From assembly GCA_003208875.1 (NCBI GenBank), contig QCUR01000001.1:64001-128000 (forward strand): a stretch of 64,000 nucleotides of DNA, written 5' to 3'. The stretch is from Prochlorococcus sp. AG-679-M23. GTDB taxonomy: Bacteria; Cyanobacteriota; Cyanobacteriia; PCC-6307; Cyanobiaceae. This document shows positions 49,484 through 60,028 of this stretch, piece after piece. The position numbers and the translations under genes are program-made. Below the pieces are notes generated by a model. That model was not told where the DNA came from and did not search any database. It was given only the letters and a program-made list of their open reading frames with translations. Numbering within the stretch: the stretch's first letter is position 1; the number at the start of each line of letters is the position of its first letter.

Positions 49484-50192
49484 GATTAAAAATTTTTTAG
49501 GATTAATTATTTTTCTAATTATTCAAGTAATTTCTTTAGATAATGCATTTGCTTTCAATGATCATAATGTAAAAGAATTTTTAGATGAAAGAGAAAATTT
49601 ATGGCCAGAACTATACTTACCAAATTTTAAATTTTCAAATACTTCGAGAGATTTAATTTATCCTAATTGGTTTGAGGGTAATTGGCTTGTTACTTCTCAA
49701 GATTTAGAAGATGAGTCTCAAGCACCAGTGATTTACAAAGTAAATTTTTTCAAAAATAATTTAAATGAAGTTATTGGTAATCGATCAAAAAATTCTGAGT
49801 CAATTGGTAAAGCGATATTTGGTGATACTTTGATTAAAGTTGTTAATGATCCTAAATCAATTAATAAACAAATTACTTATTTAAAAGATGATTTATATAT
49901 TGATTCAAGGATCACAGGAAGAAATCAAATTCAAGATGATGATATGTTTTTTGCTGACGAATTAGTTATTCAAACTCTTCATAAACCAGGAGCATCTAGG
50001 GTTAATCAGGTCGAGACAATTAGTAAATTTCAAAAATGTAATCGTCATAATTCCAATGCAGAGAATACTTTAAAACCTAATATCTGCGGTTTTCAATATA
50101 TTGCTACATACGGTTCAAAAGTTGGAGATCCCTCAGTGCATGCAATTAAAACTAGTAAATTTAAATTATCGTTTGAATTTATTGAGAATTAG
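49482..50192 (+). CDS. Conserved exported hypothetical protein (DUF6816-like)
   Basis: Signal peptide, DLIYPNWFEGNW. Confidence 0.7.
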   Translation: MIKNFLGLIIFLIIQVISLDNAFAFNDHNVKEFLDERENLWPELYLPNFKFSNTSRDLIYPNWFEGNWLVTSQDLEDESQAPVIYKVNFFKNNLNEVIGNRSKNSESIGKAIFGDTLIKVVNDPKSINKQITYLKDDLYIDSRITGRNQIQDDDMFFADELVIQTLHKPGASRVNQVETISKFQKCNRHNSNAENTLKPNICGFQYIATYGSKVGDPSVHAIKTSKFKLSFEFIEN

Positions 50193-50904
50193 CACTAAAA
50201 AGATATTCTTCTATGTTGTTTCTCCAAATAAATATATTTTCTAAATAAGGATTATTTATGTATTCTTGACAACCTTCCCCTGAAAGAATTGGTCCCGATG
50301 ATTTTGGAAATTTAAGAAGAGATAATTGTGCAGCAATTGCAATATCAGCTATTGATAAATTATCGCCTATTAAATATTTTTTATTAATTAGGGCTTTAGA
50401 TAAAGCCTCTAATATTTTTTGCAGTTCTAAATTGTCTTTGGTAGAAAAAACTACATTAGAAATTTTACTAAGATTTTTAAACGGTAATTTATCAACTAAA
50501 CCTTTTACTGAAGATGGTATTTCGTCTGGAAGTAAAGCAGTGCGTAGTTGTGGATTCTCTATTGCTGATTTAATCAGAGCTTTTCTACAAGTTGAAGCCA
50601 TAGTAGTATCAGCCCAATCTTCTATTAATTTGCATTGTGCAAACAATAAAGGATCTTCTGGAAAAAGTGGATTATTATCATTTTTTTTATTTATATATTC
50701 GCAAATAATTGTAGAGTCACTAATAATTTGATCATTATCATCAACAATTATTGGGACTTGTTTTTGACCTGATATCTTAAAGATTTCAAATTGACCTAAG
50801 CCTGGTGTAACTTCTTCAACTCTATATTGCAATTTCTTAGCGTGAAGAGCCATTCTTGTCTTTAAGCAAAAAGCGCTATGTCTAAATTGATATAATGTAA
50901 TCAT
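50179..50904 (-). CDS. Glutathione S-transferase family protein
   Basis: SAFCLK, QKQVP, DSTIICEY, LSIADIA. Confidence 0.92.
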   Translation of the reverse strand: MITLYQFRHSAFCLKTRMALHAKKLQYRVEEVTPGLGQFEIFKISGQKQVPIIVDDNDQIISDSTIICEYINKKNDNNPLFPEDPLLFAQCKLIEDWADTTMASTCRKALIKSAIENPQLRTALLPDEIPSSVKGLVDKLPFKNLSKISNVVFSTKDNLELQKILEALSKALINKKYLIGDNLSIADIAIAAQLSLLKFPKSSGPILSGEGCQEYINNPYLENIFIWRNNIEEYLFSANSQ

Positions 50905-50949
50905 GCTGTTTAATGTTTGTTAAAACTTAGCTAAAAAAGTAATCAAATT

Positions 50950-51162
50950 GTGGAGCTAATGGGCCAATTTTTCTCTAATGTTGCAAGATATCCTAAGTAT
51001 TTAATTTCTATTATTGCTGGAGGATTAGTTGCATTACTAGAACCTTTATTTAAAAACAGATCAAATCCATTAACATTGGTCGGTTTAATTTCTTCAGTAA
51101 TAAGTGCCTTCATAACATTTTATTTCGTACTAAAAGCAATGACTAATCCAATCAACTTATAA
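50950..51162 (+). CDS. DUF751 family small membrane protein
   Basis: FFSNVARYPKYLIS; upstream of rbfA. Confidence 0.82.
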   Translation: MELMGQFFSNVARYPKYLISIIAGGLVALLEPLFKNRSNPLTLVGLISSVISAFITFYFVLKAMTNPINL

Positions 51163-51167
51163 CAATA

Positions 51168-51557
51168 ATGCCTAATAATTATCGGATTGCAAAAGTTTCT
51201 TCTTTGTTGAAAAAAGAGATAACTCTTATTTTGCAGAATGATTTGGAAAATGATCTATTAAGGAGTAATTTCATTAATATTTCAAAAATAGATTTATCAG
51301 GAGATTTGCAATTTTGCAAGATTTACATAACTTCAACTGCTGAAGAAGCAATAAGAAAAGAAATTGTTGAAGAATTAAATCTTGCTAAGAGCTATATCAG
51401 GCATACTTTAGGTCAAAGAATAGAGATGAGACGAGTGCCAGAAATGACTTTTAAAGACGATACAGTATTAGAGAAAGGATTGTCAGTACTCAAGCTCCTT
51501 GCGGAATTAAAAAATAAAAAACATAATCAAGATTCAAAAGTTGAGGGAAATAATTAA
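51168..51557 (+). CDS. rbfA: Ribosome-binding factor A
   Basis: RIAKVSSLLKKEI, SGDLQFCKIY, RRVPEMTF. Confidence 0.94.
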   Translation: MPNNYRIAKVSSLLKKEITLILQNDLENDLLRSNFINISKIDLSGDLQFCKIYITSTAEEAIRKEIVEELNLAKSYIRHTLGQRIEMRRVPEMTFKDDTVLEKGLSVLKLLAELKNKKHNQDSKVEGNN

Positions 51558-51558
51558 A

Positions 51559-52350
51559 ATGTCTGAGCTCTCTTTGAATCAAAAAAATATAATTATTACT
51601 CGATCAAAAGATAAGATATCTGATATAAAAAAGTTATTCACTGATAAAGGAGCTCAAATATTTGATTTTCCAGCAATTGATGTTGGATATCCCGATGATT
51701 TAAATCCTCTTGATGATGCCTTAAGCGAAATTAAAGATTTTCACTGGATTATTTTTACCAGTAGTAATGGAATACAATTTGTTGATGAGAGATTAAGAAA
51801 TTTAAATACTTCATTAAAAGAATGTTCGAAGAAAATAAAAATTGCTGTAGTAGGGGAGAAAACTTCCTTAACTCTAAGCGATTTAGGTATTGAGGCTGAT
51901 TTCGTCCCCCCAGAATTTGTAGCCGAAAGTTTAATTGAAAATTTTCCTGTATCAGGATATGGACTCAGAGTTTTTTTGCCAAGAGTTCAATCAGGAGGAA
52001 GGAATTTCATAGCTGATGAATTCAGGAATTCTGGTTCGCGTGTTGTAGAGGTTCCAGCCTATGAAACAAGATGTCCGGATTCAATTCCTATAGAAACAAT
52101 AAATGCTATCTCTAACAGAAAAATTGATGCAATGGTTTTTTCAAGTGGTAAAACAGTATTAAATTCTTCTTTCTTGCTTGAAAAAGAATTTGGGGAAAAG
52201 TGGTTAACCTATCTAGAAAATGCAAAATTATTAACTATTGGACCTCAAACTTCAAAAATGTGTGGAAAAACTTTTGGCAGAGTTGATAGAGAGGCGGTTA
52301 AGTACACTTTTGAAGGATTATTAGATGCTGCAATTGATATTTTTAATTAG
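51559..52350 (+). CDS. hemD: Uroporphyrinogen-III synthase
   Basis: IITR, WIIFTSSNG, AVVGEKT, AYET, FSSGK, IGPQT; start placed at ATG 51559. Confidence 0.93.
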   Translation: MSELSLNQKNIIITRSKDKISDIKKLFTDKGAQIFDFPAIDVGYPDDLNPLDDALSEIKDFHWIIFTSSNGIQFVDERLRNLNTSLKECSKKIKIAVVGEKTSLTLSDLGIEADFVPPEFVAESLIENFPVSGYGLRVFLPRVQSGGRNFIADEFRNSGSRVVEVPAYETRCPDSIPIETINAISNRKIDAMVFSSGKTVLNSSFLLEKEFGEKWLTYLENAKLLTIGPQTSKMCGKTFGRVDREAVKYTFEGLLDAAIDIFN

Positions 52351-52813
52351 TTAATTCATTGTTATAATTTTTTTCTACTAAATCTCGAAATCTATCAATA
52401 TTTGCTTGTAATTCATTAGTTACCATTTTACCCAAAATTTTTTCTTCCATAAATCGAGCAATCATTCTAGGTAATTCGTAGGTAACAGCTAAGTTTACTG
52501 ATGTTAATTGGTCTCCTTTTGATTCAAAAATAACAGAACCCTGAGTTGGTAATCCTCCAATAGATTTCCATTTTAATTTATTTTTCTCAATCCTTTCTGT
52601 TATTTGTGCCTTCCATTTAAATTTGAATCCATTAGCAGCTAAAGTCCATTCAGTCAGATCAGGTAAAGTTGATGTCTCTTGATCAATTGTTTTTACCGAT
52701 TCAATCCAGCTCATCCACAGAGACATGGAATCCAAATCACTCCAGGTGTTCCAAACGTTATCTAATGGCGCATTAACAATTGTAATTACGTCATGTTTAA
52801 GCCAAGTACCCAT
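52343..52813 (-). CDS. SRPBCC/polyketide cyclase-like protein
   Basis: VNAPLDNVWNTWSD, WKAQITE; downstream of crtQ. Confidence 0.85.
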   Translation of the reverse strand: MGTWLKHDVITIVNAPLDNVWNTWSDLDSMSLWMSWIESVKTIDQETSTLPDLTEWTLAANGFKFKWKAQITERIEKNKLKWKSIGGLPTQGSVIFESKGDQLTSVNLAVTYELPRMIARFMEEKILGKMVTNELQANIDRFRDLVEKNYNNELTN

Positions 52814-52815
52814 AG

Positions 52816-54270
52816 TTAGCTGACCGCAAGATTCTTTGCTAATTCAGCTTTCTTATCTAAAATTGCTGCTGCTGCTAGATGACCGCTCATAGTAGCCCCC
52901 TCCATTGAATCTATATAGTCTTGTTTTGTATAACTGCCTGCCATAAAGAAATTTGATATTGAAGTCTTTTGATCAGGTCTATATGGGTCCATACCTGGCG
53001 ATTCTCTATAAAGTGATTGTGGAACTTGTACGACATTACTCCAAAGCAATTTTAGATTTTTCGAAGAAGGAAATAGGCGACGCACTTCAGAATCAATTTC
53101 TTTAGTGATTCTCTCTGTTGATCTACCCATCCAACGATCTCCAGGAGTCAAAACACATTGAAGTAAAGATCCCATTCCTTCCTTTCTATAATCTACGGGA
53201 CTTGCTAAAGCTAAATCTGCGAAACAACTGAAAGATGCATCTGCTGAATATAAAAGATTATCTAAACCCGTAGGGTTTTTACTTTTGTTATCGTTTTTTA
53301 ATTCGGTAACCCATCCATCATATCTTAATTGAATTGTCGCTACTGCAACAGCTCTGAGTTTTTTTAAACCCTCAAACTCCTTAAATTGATACCATTCTTT
53401 AGGAACTATTTTTTTAATTCCAGGAACATCACAAGCAGCGAGAAATGTATCAGCAAATATAGCCTTTGGGCCCTCAGGAGTGGATATTTTAAGTTGCGTG
53501 ACCGAGTAGGAGGAAGATTCTTTTTCAAAAATAATTTCGTCCACCTTATGATTTAAGTGGATTTTGCATCCTTTTTTTGTTATGTAATCAACGATAGGTT
53601 TTGTAAGCCATTTATGAGGGGATCCTTTTAAAAGATTAAGTTTAGAGGCTTCAGTCTTAGATGCAAACATCATAAAAATAGTTAACATGCATCTTGCCGA
53701 AATATCTTGACAATTTATGAAACCTAATGCGTATGCAATTGGATCCCACATCCTTTCAAGACTTCTTAAGCTTCCGCCATGATTTAAAAACCATTCTTTA
53801 AAGCTAATTTTATCTAAGTCTCTTATTATCTTCATTGCACCCTCGTAATCTACTAATCCTCTAACTATCGGACTAGTTCCTAAAGCTAATGCATTTCTTA
53901 ACTTATCTACCCAAGTCAATTGTTCTGTAGTGAAAAAAGCCTTTAGACCGTTAAAAGGGGCTCCTAAGGCAAATCTAAAATCCAAAGATTTTAAATCACC
54001 ACCTTTATTTACAAATAAATGAGTATGTTCTTTCGGAAGCAAATTATCTAATGCTCCAACTTTTTTCATGAGTTTAAATAGATTTGCATAGTTATAAAAA
54101 AATACATGTAATCCCATCTCTATGTGGTTACCATCTTTATCTTCCCAACTTCCAACTTTTCCGCCCCAGAATGATCTGCTTTCGTAAATCTCTACTTCAT
54201 GTCCTTCATCAACTAGGTTAACTGCCGCTGTTAAACCTGCCAAGCCAGAACCTACTATTGCTATTTTCAC
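52816..54270 (-). CDS. crtQ: Zeta-carotene desaturase
   Basis: [31 protein letters not shown]. Confidence 0.95.
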   Translation of the reverse strand: MKIAIVGSGLAGLTAAVNLVDEGHEVEIYESRSFWGGKVGSWEDKDGNHIEMGLHVFFYNYANLFKLMKKVGALDNLLPKEHTHLFVNKGGDLKSLDFRFALGAPFNGLKAFFTTEQLTWVDKLRNALALGTSPIVRGLVDYEGAMKIIRDLDKISFKEWFLNHGGSLRSLERMWDPIAYALGFINCQDISARCMLTIFMMFASKTEASKLNLLKGSPHKWLTKPIVDYITKKGCKIHLNHKVDEIIFEKESSSYSVTQLKISTPEGPKAIFADTFLAACDVPGIKKIVPKEWYQFKEFEGLKKLRAVAVATIQLRYDGWVTELKNDNKSKNPTGLDNLLYSADASFSCFADLALASPVDYRKEGMGSLLQCVLTPGDRWMGRSTERITKEIDSEVRRLFPSSKNLKLLWSNVVQVPQSLYRESPGMDPYRPDQKTSISNFFMAGSYTKQDYIDSMEGATMSGHLAAAAILDKKAELAKNLAVS

Positions 54271-54369
54271 TTTTTTTATAGATTATAACAAATCAACTTT
54301 GTATATTGCTTGAAATATGCATGATGTGTCTATATTTTTTATAGTGTAGTTATACGTTTATGTGTATTT

Positions 54370-54762
54370 ATGGAAAATGTAAAAATAGAAGAAAAAATAA
54401 AGACCTCAGATGACGGAAAGGGAATTTTAATAACCAATGATGCCATAGAGCAAATATCTTCTTTATTGAATAATCAGACTGATAAGAAAGCTCTCAGAGT
54501 TGGGGTAAGATCTGGAGGATGCAGTGGTATGAGTTATACGATGGATTTTATTGGTGGAGATGAAATAAATGCAGATGATAAAGTATATGATTATTCATTA
54601 AGTTCCGAACAAACCTTCAAAGTAATATGCGACCCAAAAAGTCTTCTATATATTTACGGCATGCAACTAGATTTCAGTAAAGATTTAATTGGTGGAGGTT
54701 TTAATTTCGTTAATCCTAATGCTTCACAAACTTGTGGCTGCGGAAGCTCTTTTGCAGTTTAG
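54370..54762 (+). CDS. iscA: Iron-sulfur cluster assembly accessory protein (IscA/HesB)
   Basis: GGCSGMSY, TCGCGSSF. Confidence 0.93.
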   Translation: MENVKIEEKIKTSDDGKGILITNDAIEQISSLLNNQTDKKALRVGVRSGGCSGMSYTMDFIGGDEINADDKVYDYSLSSEQTFKVICDPKSLLYIYGMQLDFSKDLIGGGFNFVNPNASQTCGCGSSFAV

Positions 54763-54770
54763 AAAAAAAT

Positions 54771-55199
54771 ATGACAGATGACATTAATCCAATTGAATCC
54801 GATTTCAATGCTGCCTTATCTAGATATCAAGATGGCCAAGAGTTAATACCAATTGCACAAGATTTTCAAAAAATCATTCAACAAATACCCAACCACTTTG
54901 CTGCTTGGACTTGTTTATCTTGGTTGCAGCTTCTATTGAAGAATAATGAAGAAGCATTAGCAGCAGCTAGAGAAGCGGTTCGCTTAAATCAGCAAGACCC
55001 GCAAGCAAGAATGAATTTGTCGTTAGCTCTATTGGCTACAAATAATAAAGGTGTTAGAGAGCATGTTCAATTAATTAAAAAAATGGCAATGATGATGCCT
55101 GATGTAAGGACAGAGTTAAAAGAGTCAGTTGAAGATGGATTTAATAGATATCCAAACTGGCCAGAATTAACCAAAATTAATAAATGGTTAGAATTTTAA
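54771..55199 (+). CDS. TPR-like conserved protein
   Basis: AAWTCLSWLQLL, EAVRLNQQDPQARMNL; start placed at ATG 54771. Confidence 0.8.
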   Translation: MTDDINPIESDFNAALSRYQDGQELIPIAQDFQKIIQQIPNHFAAWTCLSWLQLLLKNNEEALAAAREAVRLNQQDPQARMNLSLALLATNNKGVREHVQLIKKMAMMMPDVRTELKESVEDGFNRYPNWPELTKINKWLEF

Positions 55200-55200
55200 A

Positions 55201-56400
55201 TTGTCCAGAATTTTACTATTAAGTAATGGACATGGAGAAGATATATCTGGTAGTTTATTAGCCAAATATTTTGTAAAGAAAGGTGATCTTGTAGATGCAC
55301 TACCTATTGTGGGTGATGGTGAAAATTACAAAAAAGTAAATATAAGAATAATTGGTAAAACCAAAAAATTTAGAACTGGTGGTATTGGTTATAATTCTTT
55401 TAGAGGAAGAATATTCGAAATATTTGGAGGACAAATAATTTACTTTTTTAAAAAATTATATTTGTCTTATAAATTAAGAAATAAATATGATTTTTATTTA
55501 GTCATTGGAGATATAGTTCCTGTTTTTTTTGCATGGTTTGCTAAAAAAGATTTTTTTACATATTTAGTAGCATACTCTAGTCACTATGAGGGAAAATTGA
55601 AACTACCTTGGCCTTGTAAGTTTTTTTTAATTTCAAAATATGCAAAAAAAATATATGCCAGGGATTTTCTAACAGCAGATGATTTAACTCAACAATTAAG
55701 AAAAAAAGTATCTTTTTTAGGTAATCCATTTATGGATAAGTTTTCTTCTTTTGAAAATAAATCGAAAATCGTTCCTTTTAATATTGGGTTATTTCCTGGA
55801 AGTAGATTTCCTGAACTTTTAGATAATTTGAAATTAATTTTAGAAGTTTTAGAGACAATGTCTAAGTTACAATATTTTGAGAATATCGCATTCAAGTTTG
55901 CCATAGTAAAAGCTCTTTCTATGGAAGAAATTAGGCAGATACTAAATCAACGAAAATGGATTTATATAGAAAAAAAAGGAAAAAATGATGGTCTAGAATT
56001 TACATATGGATTCATTACGATTAATTTGAACTGGAATTTGTTTGAAGAAATATTATTTGAAAGTAATTTCGTAATAAGTATGGCTGGAACTGCATCAGAG
56101 CAGGCAGTCGGTTTAGCAAAGCCAGTTATTCAAATTGAAGGCAATGGTCCGCAATTTACAAAATCTTTTGCAGAAGCTCAAAGACGATTACTTGGTAGAT
56201 ATGTTTTTTGTTCTACCCATTATATAAATAAGAAAGATCAAATAAATCAGACAATAAATCTAATCCTTAAAGTTATTTATCTGATAAAGCTAGACAAAAA
56301 GTTTTTGGTTTCTTGTCATGATAATGCAAATCTAAGAATCGGAGAGAGTAATTCATGCCTTAAGATAATTAATGATATAAAAGGGTTTCATGAAAAATGA
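55201..56400 (+). CDS. Lipid-A-disaccharide synthase-related protein (TIGR03492-like)
   Basis: LSNGHGED, GNPFMD, FPGSR, MAGTASEQ, FAEAQRRLLG. Confidence 0.85.
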   Translation: MSRILLLSNGHGEDISGSLLAKYFVKKGDLVDALPIVGDGENYKKVNIRIIGKTKKFRTGGIGYNSFRGRIFEIFGGQIIYFFKKLYLSYKLRNKYDFYLVIGDIVPVFFAWFAKKDFFTYLVAYSSHYEGKLKLPWPCKFFLISKYAKKIYARDFLTADDLTQQLRKKVSFLGNPFMDKFSSFENKSKIVPFNIGLFPGSRFPELLDNLKLILEVLETMSKLQYFENIAFKFAIVKALSMEEIRQILNQRKWIYIEKKGKNDGLEFTYGFITINLNWNLFEEILFESNFVISMAGTASEQAVGLAKPVIQIEGNGPQFTKSFAEAQRRLLGRYVFCSTHYINKKDQINQTINLILKVIYLIKLDKKFLVSCHDNANLRIGESNSCLKIINDIKGFHEK

Positions 56401-56666
56401 CTAAACAGAAATCTGAATCAAAGTTGAAAGTGATTGTTGATAATTTGTTATTGATAAATTTATTCGTTGTTATTTTTTTTGCAATATTTTTTATTTTTGC
56501 AGTAATTATGCAAATTAATGGAGTATTTATTTTCCTTAATATTTTTCAGAATCTTTGGAATCCACTCATCACACCTTTAATCACTATTTTAATTGTAAGT
56601 GCAGTAGTTAATGGAATTAATTCTTGGTGGAGGCGTAAATGGCTTTCTCAAGAAGAGGATATTTAA
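56397..56666 (+). CDS. Small two-TM hypothetical protein
   Basis: Translationally coupled to upstream gene (ATGA overlap); hydrophobic. Confidence 0.7.
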   Translation: MTKQKSESKLKVIVDNLLLINLFVVIFFAIFFIFAVIMQINGVFIFLNIFQNLWNPLITPLITILIVSAVVNGINSWWRRKWLSQEEDI

Positions 56667-57549
56667 ATTTATATATTTTTTCTTGTAATTTAATGCTGAT
56701 CACTTTTTGGCCCTCTAGTACTAATTTTGCCCCATCACCTAATAATAATTTCAGTATTGATCCTGGCACTGGGAGTAGATCTGGTCTTTTGAGGCATCTA
56801 CCTAAAGTTTTGGAGAAATACTTCATTAATACTGGCTCTGGTGCAACAGCGTTATATACCCCGGAAAATTGTTTATCTACTAATGCTTTAATTATTAATC
56901 CACATAAATCACTTCTATGAATCCAACTCATCCATTGATTCCCATCTCCGATTGGACCTCCCAGTCCAATTTTAAATACTGGAAGCATTTTTCCTAGTGC
57001 ACCTCCTTCTGCTTCTAAGACTATTCCGATTCTGAAAATTACTAATCTTGAGAAAAATGGTTTTCCGTTCGCAACTTCCTCCCATTTATTGCAAAGGTCA
57101 GCTAAAAAATCGTTACCACTCTGACTATTTTCATTGAACTCTTGAGTTAAGCTTGTCCCATAAAACCCTATTGCCGAACCATTTACTATGACTTTTGGAT
57201 TGATTCTGGATTTTTTCAGGGTTTCCATCAAAAACTTAGTTGTATTAATCCTGCTTTTTTTTATCTCTTCTTTTTGAACATCAGTCCATTTTTTATCTGC
57301 TATTGGTTCACCTATTAAATTAATTATTCCATCAGAATCTTTTAAATTGCTTAATAGATTTTCATTGCTCCAATTTTGTTTTTTTGAAAGATCTATTTTA
57401 AGAAATTTAAATTTATCTAGCGGAATATTTATCTTCAAATTATTAATATTTTTTCTACTGATAATGCAAAGTTCGTGGCCTTCTTTGAGTAAAGCTGGGA
57501 CTAACTCTTTTCCCACAAAACCCGTACATCCAAGGAGTAGCAGACGCAT
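56617..57549 (-). CDS. TIGR01777 family NAD-dependent epimerase (ThyD/YfcH-like)
   Basis: GCTGFVG, NLIGEPI, SAIGFYG, GLGGPIGDGNQWMSWIH. Confidence 0.9.
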   Translation of the reverse strand: MRLLLLGCTGFVGKELVPALLKEGHELCIISRKNINNLKINIPLDKFKFLKIDLSKKQNWSNENLLSNLKDSDGIINLIGEPIADKKWTDVQKEEIKKSRINTTKFLMETLKKSRINPKVIVNGSAIGFYGTSLTQEFNENSQSGNDFLADLCNKWEEVANGKPFFSRLVIFRIGIVLEAEGGALGKMLPVFKIGLGGPIGDGNQWMSWIHRSDLCGLIIKALVDKQFSGVYNAVAPEPVLMKYFSKTLGRCLKRPDLLPVPGSILKLLLGDGAKLVLEGQKVISIKLQEKIYKFKYPLLEKAIYASTKN

Positions 57550-57690
57550 ATTTTTAATTATGTAATAAATCTAGACTATTTAAATTTTGTATCGATTGTA
57601 ATTATTATGGTGTAATCAATTTAAAAAAAATTAATGAAAAAAGTTTTTGTATAATATATTTAGAAATCTATTAAATTAATAAATCTCATC

Positions 57691-57933
57691 ATGACTGAGT
57701 CGATACCCAAGAAGCTCCTTAAGAAAGGAAGCTTAGTCTTTATAGATAAAAGTATTTATAATGAAAGTGTCGAAGCATTAGCTAGTGATCAAGATTTACC
57801 TAGTTATATATTTGAAGGTCCTGGGGAAATTCTAAGTATTAAAGAAGAATATGCTCAAGTAAGGTGGCGTCGTCCAGTACCAGATGTTTGGTTTAAATTA
57901 GACCAAATTAAAGAATATATAGTTTCAGAATAG
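57691..57933 (+). CDS. ndhO: NAD(P)H-quinone oxidoreductase subunit O
   Basis: LKKGSLV, SVEALASD, YIFEGPGE, RRPVPDVW. Confidence 0.92.
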   Translation: MTESIPKKLLKKGSLVFIDKSIYNESVEALASDQDLPSYIFEGPGEILSIKEEYAQVRWRRPVPDVWFKLDQIKEYIVSE

Positions 57934-57937
57934 TTAT

Positions 57938-58615
57938 TCAAGAAATTATAGATTTTTTATCATAAGCCATTTTTGATTGTATTCTTTTTGCTTCTTTCAT
58001 CATTTCTTTTCCATCAAATAAATAATCATCTACATATCCTTGTGTGTACTTATCCAGTTCCGATAAAGCATCTTTAACTTGAGAAAAACAATGATAAAGA
58101 TCTAAACCTAAAGAGGATATTGAATTGGGCACAGATATTGACTTATAAAGCTTATCAACTTTTTCAATTTTTCTTTGGGAAACGGTAATGTAACTGCAAA
58201 AATTATCCATCAATTCTTCATCATATGGATCAGCAGATAGTTCTTTAATTTCTTGACTCAAAGGTTTGATTATTTGGGTAATAAATCTATTGGTAGGATT
58301 ATAAATATTTTTAATCCAATTTTTAACTTCATTATCTTTTATTGTAGAACTATATTTTGTTGTATTAACTTTCTCTTCCCAATTTTCATTCCTGAAATTA
58401 GATGATTGTTTTAGTGAAAATAGGGTTTTATCATATTGTTCTTTTTTAAAAGGATCATTAAGAGTCTCCCATGCATCTTGTATTGCAAGAAACCTATCTT
58501 TTTCACCTCCTGCATCGGGGTGATGTTGTTTAACTAAGCGACGATAAGAAGATTTTATTTCACCTTGAGTTGCATTTTCCTTTACCTCTAATTCTTTATA
58601 AAGATTTTTGATCAT
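57938..58615 (-). CDS. DnaJ (J-domain) protein
   Basis: N-terminal J domain with HPD motif. Confidence 0.9.
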   Translation of the reverse strand: MIKNLYKELEVKENATQGEIKSSYRRLVKQHHPDAGGEKDRFLAIQDAWETLNDPFKKEQYDKTLFSLKQSSNFRNENWEEKVNTTKYSSTIKDNEVKNWIKNIYNPTNRFITQIIKPLSQEIKELSADPYDEELMDNFCSYITVSQRKIEKVDKLYKSISVPNSISSLGLDLYHCFSQVKDALSELDKYTQGYVDDYLFDGKEMMKEAKRIQSKMAYDKKSIIS

Positions 58616-58631
58616 ATCTAAATACCCTTGC

Positions 58632-59600
58632 CTATAGATAACCGTCTTTTCTAGCTTTAATTACAGTATTTGATTCAAACATTGCTGTAGATAAGTATCT
58701 TTCACCAAAACTCGGAAGAATCACTATTAATCTTTGATTAATAAGCTCTTCCCTTTGACCTATTTTGATTGTTGCTGCCAAAGCAGCTCCGCTGCTAATT
58801 CCTGATAAAAGCCCCTCTAATCGAGCTAATAACCTCCCATAATAAAATGCTTCGTCATCATCTATCTTGAAAATTTCATCTATTAATTGAGTATCAAGTA
58901 CCTTAGGAACGAAGCCTGCACCGATCCCCTGGATAGAATGAGAACCAGCTTTTTCTCCTGAAATTACAGCGCTTTTTGCGGGCTCTACTGCATATATTTT
59001 GCAATTTGGATTGACTTTTTTTAGAAATCGAGAACATCCAGTTATGGTTCCTCCAGTGCCAACTCCGGTAACTAATCCATCAATAGTTTGATTAGATTGG
59101 TCCCAAATTTCTTTAGCTGTGGTTCTTTCATGAATTTCTGGATTTGCAAGATTTTCAAACTGATTAAACTGAAAGCTATTTGGAATACTTGAAGATAATT
59201 CACTTGCTAAATCTAGAGCACCTTTCATTCCTTCTTTGCCTGGAGTGAGTTGTAATTCTGCCCCATATGCTCTTAGCATTGCCCTTCTCTCAATACTCAT
59301 AGTATCTGGCATAGTTAATATCAATCTATAACCTTTAGCTGCTGCAACCATTGCTAAAGCAATTCCAGTATTTCCACTTGTAGCCTCAATTAATGTTGTT
59401 TTCCCCGGTGAAATTAAACCATCTTTTTCAGCTGAATTTAACATCGAATAAGCAATACGATCTTTGACAGATGCTGATGGATTAAAACTTTCAAGTTTCG
59501 CTATTATTTCTGGATGACAATTACAGTATTTTTTTATGCGATCTAATTTTACTAATGGTGTGTTGCCAACTAAAGAAGTAATATCACCTGCTATTTCCAT
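58632..59600 (-). CDS. cysK: Cysteine synthase A
   Basis: GNTPLV, NPSASVKDR, TSGNTG, GTGGT, GERYLST; start placed at ATG 59600. Confidence 0.96.
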   Translation of the reverse strand: MEIAGDITSLVGNTPLVKLDRIKKYCNCHPEIIAKLESFNPSASVKDRIAYSMLNSAEKDGLISPGKTTLIEATSGNTGIALAMVAAAKGYRLILTMPDTMSIERRAMLRAYGAELQLTPGKEGMKGALDLASELSSSIPNSFQFNQFENLANPEIHERTTAKEIWDQSNQTIDGLVTGVGTGGTITGCSRFLKKVNPNCKIYAVEPAKSAVISGEKAGSHSIQGIGAGFVPKVLDTQLIDEIFKIDDDEAFYYGRLLARLEGLLSGISSGAALAATIKIGQREELINQRLIVILPSFGERYLSTAMFESNTVIKARKDGYL

Positions 59601-59757
59601 GGAGAAAATTTCTACAAAATTAAATTTGTTCAATATTAGTTTAAATGTATTTATATGTCTTTTATAAAAAAATTTTAAATTGAACTTAATTTCAAAACAA
59701 CTTCTTAGAAAAGATTGTTCTATAGTTTGTTTATAATATAAAATTTACAATTCTTTT

Positions 59758-60027
59758 ATGTATTCTCTTGAAATAAGTCTAAGATATTCCCCCTTTCCCC
59801 TTTCAATTCAGAAGAAAGAGTATGAGGATATTAAAAGAATCTATGATGAAATCAAAGATTCTATGAATAGTGATAACCAAAACTCTTCTTTAATCGAATT
59901 AAGTTGTGAAAAAGTTCAGGATAAATTGATAACTGTTCTTGCTAAAGAAGTTATTTCTGTTCAGATATATGAAAAGTCAGCAGTTGCTGGTGGATCAAAA
60001 AGACCTGGATTTTCCTTAGATATTTAA
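59758..60027 (+). CDS. Conserved cyanobacterial hypothetical protein (UPF0367-like)
   Basis: PFPLSIQKK, ELSCEK, C-terminal RPGF. Confidence 0.78.
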   Translation: MYSLEISLRYSPFPLSIQKKEYEDIKRIYDEIKDSMNSDNQNSSLIELSCEKVQDKLITVLAKEVISVQIYEKSAVAGGSKRPGFSLDI

Positions 60028-60028
60028 A

